Source: Kudoa neothunni (Eukaryota > Animalia > Cnidaria). From it: a stretch of DNA of 64,000 nucleotides. The position numbers and the translations under genes were made by a program. Under the pieces are notes generated by a model. It was not told the DNA's origin, did not search any database, and was given only the letters and a program-made list of their open reading frames with translations. The stretch covers positions 449,970 to 513,969 of the forward strand of contig OZ199839.1 of the NCBI GenBank assembly GCA_964304625.1, in the 5' to 3' direction. Positions 12,700 to 24,800 of this stretch are shown piece after piece; positions within the stretch are counted from its first letter, which is position 1; each line of letters starts with the position of its first letter.

Positions 12700-13870
12700 T
12701 CTCTCGGAGTATAACTGAGGTCCATTTGAACCCCAGAGTTTTTTCTGCAATTTCGTTTAACACTAGTGTTTTCTATCAATCTATAAAATTATAATCTTAA
12801 GAAATGTGTTTTTTCCAATGCTTGCGCCTCTATGCATGTTCCTATGCAAATAGGACGATTGATTATTTTAAAATGACTGATACTGGAATTCGTTAGTAAC
12901 TCCACAAACAAAGTATACACGTTGGATCTACCAGTGTGTATAAATGTTAAGTCATATCTTGCTGGCTTACTTTTTATATATTGTCTAAAGGAGCGGTTGC
13001 CTCTAAATGAAACCAATTGCTCATCAAGACAAACATTTTCTCCGAGATCATAAGTTTTGTTCATCACGTTGACCCAAATGTTGGTTCATATTTCTTTATT
13101 TGGGTAAAAATTTTCGTGTAGCGACCGTTTTTCCCTAGTTTCCGCGTTATCCAAGTGGAGCGCTCTTGTCAGCTGCCTAAATTTGCACAAGGACAAAAGA
13201 TCTTTGTATATCCTCCTACCTCCCTCACAACTAAAAATTTCAACATGAACTCTTGCCTATCCTTATGTATGGATAGTCATGCATAATAAACAGCCAATAA
13301 GACCATGCATTTCATAAACATAAACATCTTTTCATTTATTCCCATAATGATTCTTATCGCACTGATTGGTATATTTAATTGTTTGTTCCATTAGTTCAAT
13401 TTGGAAGAAATAATGAAAACATCCTGTAATACTAAAGATCCATTTTGTGACGTATAAAATCACACCTTGAAAAAAATTATTGTTATTTTCTGCCGCCATC
13501 TTGGTTTTCTTTGGTTTGATTGCACCAAATAAATTGGTGTCTTTTTCCATAAGCGAATCGTTATTTTCATCAGATACGAGATGTTCAACATTCTTATCAC
13601 AGGCGGTTTCCTTCAAGTACACTAGGTTGGATGTTTCATTTCTATTAGTGTCAATACAATCCCCGCTACTTTCCAAAATGAAATCCATGTTTTATACACC
13701 ACAAACTTGCATATTGACGCGTGTGCGTAGAAGAAATATATTTAGATTTTGGTATGTAAAATATGTTTAAATTCAAATCCCACTTAAAAATTAATGTAAA
13801 TAATAATATACCCTAAAAATATCGAAAAAAATTCGGGGGTCCATTTGGACGCCAATTATACTCCGAAGAT
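12700..13870 (-). mobile_element. decayed piggyBac element (PGBD transposase fragments)
   Basis: ORF fragment VCLDEQLVSFRGNRSFRQYIKSKPARY is a piggyBac DE motif. Imperfect TIRs TCGGAGTATAA..GTCCATTTGAACCCC / GGGGTCCATTTGGAC..TTATACTCCGA. Stops and frameshifts present. Confidence 0.85.
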
Positions 13871-14921
13871 GTTTTTATTATAAAAATTGCTATGACATGA
13901 AAATTCCAACAAATCTATTCTACTAAAGATAAACAATGTTTTACGAGAATACAAGAAGCTTGAATTCTAATCATTATATAACGGCTGAGAAAACAGGATG
14001 GCAATCTCGTTTGAAGTCCAAATGGACCCCAGATTATTAAGAGCTATAAACAAAGCCAGACAAAATATTTGAACACTGTTTTCCACACATTTTTTGATAC
14101 AAGTCGGTGGAAGGGTTATTATTATTGCTGAAAAGAAATGGGGAAATTTATAGTGGTATTTGTGAAGGGATAAATTACACATTGTCGAAAAATTGTCTAC
14201 TGTAGTATATTAATAAAAATAATTTAAATACTGTGTATACATATACATATGATATAATAATGTTATCTTTCAGTTATTTTTTTTATATAAAAGTGAGTAT
14301 ATTTTTATCTGCAAATAATACCTGTCATTAGCCTTACCAAATGCAGCTTGTTATATTGCCACTTTTAAAGTATTTCACCTTAAATCGTCAAAATCACTAC
14401 TTGAATAATAAATATGTTTATTTTAAAACAACAAAATATCATTTTAAAGTGGATATGACTCGATTTCAGTCATAAGTCAAACTGTGAAGAGAGGCTAATT
14501 TAATGAAAACATTATTTTTACCATGATTCAATAAATGGAAATTATTCCCGGGAACATTCCATCTAACTCTCTTGATAATGTCTCTGGAATAATCGGAACT
14601 TTGAGTAAAATAGAACGTTTTCGTTATCAAATTAACCAATTAAATTGTTTGATCGAATTTAAGACTTCGATGATCTTTTCTCGTGGTGTCAACGGTACTG
14701 AGTCGTTTAAATGACTTTGATCCGGTTTAAAGCTATTTCTCTATCCAATAACAGTTAAGGCTTTGATAAGAGGTTATTTCAACTTCATAGCCAGATTATT
14801 CATGATCATTCTAAACAGATTTGTAAATAATGACCTAAAGATTAAATTTACCTTAGAAAATACTACATTTAATATTATTTAAAAATGATAAATCCTGAGA
14901 AATTTCAGGGTCGTGCTATAA

Positions 14922-15160
14922 CAATGTTTCCCAGTATGGGACCCACGCACAAACTTCAGGGGTCCGTGAAGCTTTAACTCAAAAAATAGGTCATCAGTAC
15001 ATTCTTGGATGTAATAAAGGCCGAATTTAAAAACATAATTTTGGTAAAATAATATTATAAATATTATTATTGATAAATAAAAATATATATTTAAAGGATG
15101 TGCTATTCAGTTACCTTAGCTAGTTGGGAATTCTCAAACTAAAAGGGTTGGGAAACACTG
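14922..15160. mobile_element. hAT MITE
   Basis: Ends CAATGTTTCCCA / TGGGAAACACTG; flanks TGCTATAA/TGTTATAC are a degenerate 8-bp TSD. Confidence 0.6.
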
Positions 15161-16159
15161 TGTTATACCGAAATGGGGATTTGTCTGTATTTAATCAGAA
15201 AAATTCAAAACTGCAAACTACTAGCTGGTCCGGCTATAAATTGGATAAATTTAGAAGGAACAAAATAGGTATAATATTTTACAGTGCAAGGTTCATTTTG
15301 TAGGTAAAATTATTGTCCGTCTATGATTTTAAACTGCTAAATACCTTATAAATATGGGCTGAAATTTTATTTGAATTTACCACTTTAACTTTATCTTTTT
15401 TACAGGAAACAAAACATTAAAATCAAATATTTATGCTCCGTAAACGGGAAAAAACTTTTACACCTGGCCTGCTACATTATGTTAAAATATGGAAAATATC
15501 CCTGGTTTTGTAAACCAACGAAAGGGAACAGTTGAATTAAGGGATGTAACTATTCATACAGGAAAATTAAAATTAATTGTATGCTCGCGTGGTTGTCGTT
15601 TTTATATTTTACAGCTCCAATGTATAATGTATAATCTATAATGTAAAGGTGGTACTCGCAGTTAGTATCTTTGAATCTGTTATATTTAATTCATTGATTT
15701 CTCGCTTCGCTACTGCGTTCTTGAGGACCAGAAATAATGAAATATAGCGGAGTCTAAAAAATTATAAATACGCCCAAAATTTGTTAGTAAGAGTAGCTGG
15801 GGTAAAAAATTCACATTGCTAAAACATACATGTCGTTCAAGATTAAAATTTACAATACAAATACAAATAGCCCTGGGCAAAAGACGATGGTTTAAAAAAT
15901 TGCGCTATAACGATCCCCTAACGAATTACACCAGACAGAAAATTCTGATATAATTAACAAAATAAAATCAATTATATTTGTGAATGTATATTTTGAAAAC
16001 CGATCTAATATATTGTCAAATGGCGCTACTTGAAAGTCTTCAACATGTGAAACGTATTTCTCGGAAAAAATATATTCGGTTTAAATATGATTGAAACGTT
16101 TGTCGTTTGCGTGTAGAATAAAAAGGTGGAAACGTATTAAATTAAAAAATATGCTAATT

Positions 16160-17294
16160 TTAACCTTGGATGAAATCATCATCACTATCGTTATTGATCA
16201 CAACAAATTCTTCTGGGGTTGATTTAAAAAATAAGGGCACATACACTTGGAACGTTGGCTGATCATCGTGTATTATTATTGTTGATGGTTGTTGTTGTTG
16301 TTGTTGTTGTTTTGGTTTAAAAAAATTATTCATATCACTTGCAGCAACTACATTATTCGGTTTAGTGTTGGAACATTTTTTTGAAGGTTTGGATGAGGGA
16401 GCTTTCTTTGGTTTATCTGGTTCAGAAACCTTAAGGTTTAAAGAATTAAAAATCAGTCCAAATTAAAATAGTCTACTTTGATGAATTTTCCATTGCATTT
16501 TGAAGCATGATCAGCCCACCAGTTATCATTCGGACCTGGTGCCCTGTTCATAGCACGTTTAACGTAGCCATAAAATGGAGATCTAAATTGGCATGGTCCA
16601 TCACATCTCCACCAATGTCTCCTATAGTGTGAAACTTCATTGTGAAATGAGTGATAGATCTACATTAAATATAAAGTATTAAATATGTCATTATTAAATT
16701 TATATATTCATCACTGTTATATTGGTACCAGCCAAAGTGTTAATACGATGCATGTGGCTACGAAAATCAGGACCATGAGACTCCCTGTCCTACAATCCAC
16801 CAATGCTTAATACAATTGTCTTTCAACAACAATACTTTTGTGTTTGCTGTTACAAAAAGATATGCATGTATCATTTCATGCTAAAAATAATTATATCTAA
16901 TGACGCAAAATAAAATGGTGACAAACCAATAATGTTTGTATAATATCTTTTCGAGGTCGATATTTCAATAAAGGCTCCGAAAGTTTTATACAACAATACT
17001 TTGAACGATACGTGTACATACAGAGACCAGCGCATCTATATGTCAAAAAATTGTGACATATTGTATCAATGTGAATTACAAAGTCATTCTACTACTCCAT
17101 TTCACCTCAACCGAATCAAGTTTTCCATAAAAATAAGCTTTATTGAACTGAATAAATAAGTTATGAATATCTGGATTGGCGTCCAGCAACTCAAAACTTG
17201 GGTCTACCAATGATTTGGTAGGAGTAATATGCATGTCTTTCAAGGAGAGTTCAATAGCTTTATTGAGATCATGATCAAATTGATCGAAACTCAT
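16160..17294 (-). CDS. SPRTN: SprT-like DNA-dependent metalloprotease Spartan
   Basis: Spliced product contains SLVDPSFELLDANPDIHNLFIQFNKAYF..VEVKWSSRMTLCAGLC..LSEPLLKYRPRKDIIQTL..HEMIHAYLFVT (HEXXH)..HGPDFRSHMHRIN..IYHSFHNEV..HWWRCDGPC..GYVKRAMNRAPGPNDNWWADH. Stop at 16160. Confidence 0.92.
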
Positions 17295-17487
17295 AACAAC
17301 ACTTGATTGTTTGTATCACTCCCCCAGGATTTTATGAGTTCGTATCGTCTCGGCGATGTCGTTATACGTCGGTGTTCCCACCATAAAATAATGTACCAAA
17401 ATAAAATTTTCCTCTAATAAATTATATGTATGTACGAATATATTTAAATTAAACATAGTTAATATTTCACTAGGATCTCATTTAGTA

Positions 17488-17852
17488 TAGGCCCCCTAAT
17501 CAGCCAATGCACAATGTGGAATATTGTGTGTACTACGCCGTCATCTGAGTTTTGATGAAAAATTTATTTTTAAAATTTTGAAAAAAGCTTTGATTTGTTC
17601 TAGAGGAGAGGAGCAAATTAGATTTTTGGGACCATTTTCGAGGAAAAACTGAAAAAACGCTAAAATGGGGAGAAACCTTCTCCGGAATCACCATTTTGTT
17701 TACCTTTATTTAAAATAATTAAGAAAAGGTGTAAAACTTTCTTAACGAAAGAAACATACATTTTTCTTAAGACGGCGGACGAAGCTTCACATTTGAAGGA
17801 TTAAAACCGGACGATTTACCTCCCAAAATGTGGCATGGATTGGGGGTGCCTA
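17488..17852. mobile_element. putative MITE with imperfect terminal inverted repeats
   Basis: TAGGCCCCCTAATCAGCCA versus TAGGCACCCCCAATCCATGCCA (reverse complement of the right end). Confidence 0.4.
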
Positions 17853-19352
17853 TATTAAAGTTCAGCCGTTTCACTAATTAAATCGTTCAATTTTTTAAGT
17901 AAAATTTAAAAAATAATACAGATAATTTTTGGGTGGATTTGTCTGCGTCGTTATTTGACTAGCATTTAACACTTATTATAGTAGGGTTAATGAATTACGG
18001 TATAACGCTGAGTGGAAGGAATCATTAGTCACTATGATAAGCTTAATACACCCGTTTAACGCGTTTTTGAGATTCGTTTATTTGCCAAGACATCGAAATA
18101 TGGCGTGAGCCTTAGGTTGATTATTTTAAAATTCAAGCATCTATCCCTAGAATAAACTGGAAAAATTTGTGAAGTATAAATATTTTGTAGTTTAATTTAT
18201 TTTTATTAAAATTAATGCAAGTATTGGTTAATTCTAATAATTTTTAGATGTTCTTTTGTTTACAAGTTTAAAATCATCATACAACTTATTAGATTATTTA
18301 GTTTTGGCTAGTTATTCTTTACAAATGGACATATACTTTTAGTAAATCAAATTCGAAAGCAAATATGCAGGAAAATATTAAATACGTAAAAATATGATCG
18401 GCATAGAGAAATATAAGAATGATATTTTATTGTTAATCTTTATTTTTCTGTTGAATTATTTATGCAGATTAAATTAAAAAATTAAATATTACCAAGCTTT
18501 TAATAGAAACATTTCGAGTTTGATACTATCTCAAAAAAATTAACACAACGCCTTGGTACACGATTATTATAAAAAGTAAAGCAAATATTTTATATTTTTG
18601 TTTATAATTATCTAGTTATTATTATCTAAATATGGGCCGCGTATAAATCTTTTATTTTGTTCCTTAGCTTTAACTAAATTGGATAGAGAACTAATCCCAA
18701 CTATTATCTTGGTGAAAATCATTCATAATTATGATTTTCAATTACATAATGAGTTTTAGATTTTAGCCTCAAGTCTATTATACTTGCCAAACCCTTTATT
18801 TCACGTGCTTAATTTTTTATTCAAAAAGTATTCATTCAAATTTTGTTCCAATCTGATGATGAAGACACATTGTGTCCATGTTAGTAATGAGTGTGATATT
18901 TATTAGAATAAAATAACAAATCGCCATTCGTTTTAAAATAAAATATCATTTATTCAAAAATATAATGAATTTGGAAATTTTACAAGACTAATTATATTTA
19001 TTTCGCACAAAAAAGCTGATGTTACTGTTAACAAATATTTTTATAAGACGACAGAAATAAATTATGGAAGAATTTGAAATATAACAATATATTTTTTAAA
19101 TGGCAGCATTATTTGTTATAATTTAATTATAAATTGCGATAATCACGACCTTGGAAATTAGTAATCTAATGTTATAGAAGAGCACTACAACTTGGAACAA
19201 AGAGGAAGAATTATATTAATGATATATTTTTTAAATTAATTATTGTTATTTTTTTAGCTTGATTAAAAAGATAAGTACACGGCTCAAATGGAAAAACACT
19301 CAATTATAAAATATATATTTAAGAATTATTGACAAAAATCTACATCTATGTG

Positions 19353-21701
19353 CTATTTAATACTTTTTATTTTGTATACAAGCACTCCACCAAGAAAAAA
19401 GTAAATGGACGTCATAGTGAATAGAATAATATAGCCAATACCGTGCTTGCAATCAAAATTTTGGAAAAAATCAAGTATGATGCCACCAATTGGAGCGGCA
19501 ACACATTGGGGTAGAATTAGGGCCTAATTATTGTTTATAGTTGATATGTGGAAAAATAGAAATAACTCACCTGATGCCATACTGCAAGGTCTTTTGCGCG
19601 ACTGTCTTCATTTTTAATAACATCAATTACCATAGCGAAATCTATAGCACAAAAAGCTCCAAAACCTATTCCTTAGGAGAGATTGAGATAGTAAAAATTC
19701 CAATTTTCAAAAAGCGGTTACCAATGGAGAAGGAAACAAATACAGCAGCCACATAGGCGTATTGTCCTCTGAGAGTAGCTAATATGAGTGTACATAATGA
19801 CATCAGTAATGCTAGAGAATATAAATTTAGGAAGAGATTTAATTATAAACATTTTAATACAAGCGCCAGTAACCAATGGTTTTCTCTTTTGAAGTCGGTC
19901 CGAGCAATACCCGCCTATTACTGAGCTAGATGAAACTTATACGTTTATTCAAACAATTAAGGCCAAATTACAAAACTGCTGAAGAAAATAATAAGGGTAA
20001 CAACAAGAAAGCTACTGCTTTTTCAGGAGACCAACAATAAGGTAGTGGAATCATATCTGTGAGCCAATATTCGAGAAATGCGGTAATTGTGGAAACTCCT
20101 AGCTGGAAAAGAAGACGTGTAATAAAAACCCATCTAAAATCCAACTCTAAATCAACTTATTTCGGAATTTTATTAAATTTATTATAAAAACCCTTAAGAG
20201 GTTCCACGTAGGACCAGAGAATTGTGGAACAACCTATATGGTATGTTAGGTGAGAGAAGTATAAAATGAGTCCGAGGTAAAACCCTAACTAACCGGGAAA
20301 AGTGCTGGCAACCGATCCGTCTATTGAACCCTCTGAACAACTGGATAAAGTGACAACTAGGCAGGTACAGTTGATTGTACCAAGACAAGTATACAGACCA
20401 GTCATACCGATTTTCTTATGGAACAAAGTTATTTAATGAAAAGGTATTCAGAAATCAAAACTCACATGGACCAGCAATCCAAGAGAGGCACCAGTCAAAT
20501 TCCCCAATAGAGTGATCGAACCCATAACTCCAGAACTAAAACCTGTTAGAGATATTTTTAAAATATCTCTACTTAATGATAGCTACAAAAAATTACCACG
20601 CAAATTCGGAGGTGTTTTATCCGCTAGTAATCCATTGTATGGCACGGCAATGACGGTATGAGCCATTACTATGAAGAGATAACACAGTGCAAACCAAGCT
20701 AAACAAGTCATCCAGCAAAATTGCAACAGTCCTCAGCACATACAAATAGTATGAAAATGGAATTTTTTTTTCTTCAAATTTTCTGTTGTAAGGCTGCGCC
20801 TTAGTATAACATTGTTAGGGTCAAAATTTGAAGGGTATCGTAGACAACGTCGAACTTCCATTGGAAGACCACAAATCTAACATTTGCTTAGCACCATTTA
20901 GATATGGTTGATGTATTTTTTACTTCTTTCCTGCCAGTTCTAGTGATAAAAATGTTAATAAAAGTAAATATATAAGAAAAGATGAGGTTACTCGTGTAAA
21001 TTTGGGGTGGTAACGGTAAGTCCACACAAACAAATTCTAATAAAAAGTTTATTGCTTCACAAATGCACTTTGATTGTTCAATCACATCATAATAGCCATT
21101 CCAAGGCACATAAAGGGTTTTCGTTTTCCAATGCCAGAATTGAAATTATCGCTATTAATAAGTGAAAGATGTTCCTTAACTAATCTCTACTCACCTTAAA
21201 GTGCCCACAATAGGGCTGAGAATTAATGTAAAAACTTGAAATTTTTATATTAGGTCCAATAGAAAATTAGAGAAATTTACGAGATGCAATAGCAATGATG
21301 ATCCCAAGAGTTGCACCTTTTGACGAATCATGTACAAGAGCTTTAATTTGACTTGGTAGAACTATTTTAATTTCGATCATTCTTCCCAGAAATTCATAAA
21401 GATTACCCACAACCGACAACGATATAAACATGGTACTAAGTCCAAACCAAAGTGTGTTCATTAGGATAATTTTGGTTCTGGATAGAGAGGTTTTTTTAGT
21501 GTCATTGGACCACCTTTTGATTACCAGACCAATATTATACTCCTAGAATATTTCAAATACTGGCTTAACTGGCTGTTGGGTGAGTTATCGATTGAGCTGA
21601 CGTTGTCACCTTCAAGTTAAATATAAGTTATATTAGTTGTTATAAACCTAATTCCAACCATAATCCACTTCACTTAAATTAAATCTGTGCTCTTGTGCCA
21701 T
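19353..21701 (-). CDS. major facilitator superfamily transporter (sucrose/SLC45/GPH-like), multi-exon
   Basis: Spliced segments VLPSQIKALV..KGATLGII..LSPIVGTLSDNFNSGIGKRKPF (MFS motif A), VPYNGLLADKTP, AIDFAMVIDVI..AKDLAVWHQ and LPQCVAAPIGG. Many hydrophobic helices; ends LVYKIKSIK*. Confidence 0.8.
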
Positions 21702-21812
21702 ATTTTAAAAATTCGAATGTAATTTAACCATTAAGTCAAGGTGTCAACTGGGATGAATTGATGCACGCAAAAAACATATCAATAAATAAACTGATAATTA
21801 TACTAAAATTAT

Positions 21813-24800
21813 TTATGCAGTTATTTGAGTATCTTTAAGTTCGTTAATCACATTCAAAGCTTTTTTAAGTGTCTAAAATAAATAAAAAGATTGTCAAATG
21901 TGACACAAATACAACAATCATTTTCATAGCATTTGTACGCTTTTGAGTGGAAGATTCCGATTCTTGCAAAAGATAATCAAATAAATCTTCCTAAAATAAG
22001 TTCATTATTACAATTGTGACGATATGCTTTCGTCAAGAAAAAACAGAAAAATAAACAAACCTACATTATACAATGTCCTTACAAGTTCGCTCGACACATC
22101 CCCCAGAACTTTATTGATAAGAAAACATGATATGGCTTTGGGTACACTACAAATATTAATAAAATAATAAATTTAATATATTCATTATTTAATTGCAATA
22201 AAATATATAAAAAAAGATGTTTGTTTTTAAAAATACCTATCTTGAAACTTTTTTTTAATCAGCTCCATATAAGATTTTATTAAAAGTTCTACAGTTAAGT
22301 TGTTGAAGAAATGACAACAACAAAAACTAACCAATAAGTTGAGCATTCAGTTCATCCTTGTTTTCACTTTGTGAAACATATTGGGATAGTCTTCGCTATA
22401 TGCGACATATGTTCAAATCCAACCAAATATCAAAAAATACCTTGGTGGTGCCATCTTTCATATGTTTTAAGCTATTTTTTACGCCGTCATCGAAAGGAAT
22501 CTAAAATAAATTAAAAAATGAGCAAATAGATCAAAGTTACATTAAGAGATCTATTGGAGTTGGCTGCTTTGGAAGTTGTTTGGTCGATAGGAGACGATGA
22601 GGTTGGAACTGTTTGGATTGCACCGTATTTTTTGTCAACGACAATTTCGAATGTGTTATCCCTTGGTTCACTTCTTAGGGCAGCCTAAGGCATGAAATAA
22701 GTTGCCATAGTGGAGCAACTATAGACGAAAATACAGAATCACTTTCCCGAAGTAATTTCGAAGTCATCTGGGCTACGTTTAAAAAATCAGGATGATTGGT
22801 GTTCACATAGGCTAACTCCATCTGAACCAAACTTTTCACCTAAAGAAAATTATTTCTAAGTAATCTCAACCCCAACTAATCAACCATATGGATAGTGGGT
22901 TTGAGTTCCTTTTCCAACAACTGTGACATAACTTCGACTAATTTGTCTCGTAATGCAGGAAATCGTGACATTTCTTTAGACTAAACTCAATATTTCGAGA
23001 CAAATTCCAAAAATATCCCGTCCATGTTTATACCATTCCAAGTGCATTGTTAATAGCTCTTTGCATTTCGTCGTGAACTAGATCCACACAGCTTAATGAG
23101 GGATCTTCGAGGCGAGATATTTGACGTTGTACTAGCATTTCAAATGCAAGCTCAGGTACAAAAAGTGCAGGTCTTGATCCCTAAGAGATCATAAAAACAA
23201 TATTTTTAAATTGATAAATTTTCAAATTCAACAAATAACACTAAAACGATTAATAGCAGCCTTGAATCATTATTAAAGAAAAAAACTCATTAAATTTTTG
23301 GAGATGAATATAAAAATGAAAATTATTTATCATGCGATAACATGCTCAGATAATCTATAACAGTGCAACCTCGGAGTTGTACAGATTGGAGTTCGACCAA
23401 AAATTTTGAGTCAGAAACACTTTTGAGTTCGAATACATATAGAAAGAGTATTCAGAGCAAATCCAGATGGAGATAAACTAGAGAAGAAAAGAAATTCTAG
23501 AAGATTCGCTAAATCAAATATTACGAAAGTCGTCGAAAGAGAACCCTTTATAATCTACCGCAGTGTTTCCCAACCTTTTTTTCTATCGCGCCCCACTTTT
23601 TCTTGAAAATAATTTCCATGTCCCACCTTTTAAAGATGTATTGATTTTTTAAGTTAAACTGCTAATAATATTAAAAAGACTCCCTATCACATTAAAATTT
23701 GAAATAAATTAATATATTTTTTCTCATGAAAATTAAAATGTTTTCGATCAGATCTAACTTATTATGTCGACGGGTCTTAAAGATTAACGTCTTTAGTTCT
23801 TCATCCCGTCAAAAGCTGCGTCAAATGAAACTTGCGGTAATCAAACCTTCATTAGGAATGCTTTTGTGTATACGGGTACAATGAACGGAAAATAAATAAG
23901 TACAAAATAAATCAATATTATATTAGGTTTTTTATAAAAGGGACCATACGATTATAAATGAGACAACATTGGAATTATAACCATTCCGATTTTATCGGGT
24001 AAAGATCACATTAAATGTTTTTATTTATTTTTATATAAATTAGTCAGTGTTATTTGTATTTTGTTATAATATTCGTATTCGCTTAAAAATAAACAAGATC
24101 CAAAATCGACGTATTGATTTCCATGCCTCACCAAAATTTTTCCACGCCCCACCGCAACTCCCATGTTGGGAAACACTGATCTACTGTATGATAACCCAAA
24201 AATATTTATCCTGAACTTCACTTTTATTACCATAATTCATTTTTATTATCATATTTAATATTTAATTGTCATATTTTATAAACACAAGGTATGCATACTT
24301 TTTTGTGAATAAGAATAGTCATTTATTTGACGCGCAATAACGGATTTAATTAACTTACATTATTTTTCATAGGAAAGAACTACTCACAGTTGGAACACAC
24401 TTCTAGAACGGATTATGGTTGAAATCTGAGGTTGCACTATAATTACACCTGAAAAATGATAAAAAATAATATATAATTAAAATATCACAATAGAATAATT
24501 CATATATTCCTAATTCGTAATTTATTCCTTAAAAGATATTCTTCTTCAGCATTTTATGTAAAATTCGTTTATCATTCGTAGTTTTATAAAGAGCTATAGC
24601 TTAATTTTGAGTTAAACTAGTAAATAATAGTAAAATATTAAAAAAGGACTAAACGAGGAAGCGTAACTTAAACGTATTATTCATTTGGAATCATTAAAAA
24701 AGTTTAAAACGAAATCATTTTACAACAACATTAACAACAAATTAAAAGACAAAGGTAAATTGTTACGGAAAATAGCCCAAACATTTACTATACAACGAAG

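Noticed and set aside
19900-20420. NRF-6/acyltransferase-like reading of the hydrophobic ORFs
   Set aside because: Flanking exons carry MFS motifs and belong to a single transporter gene.
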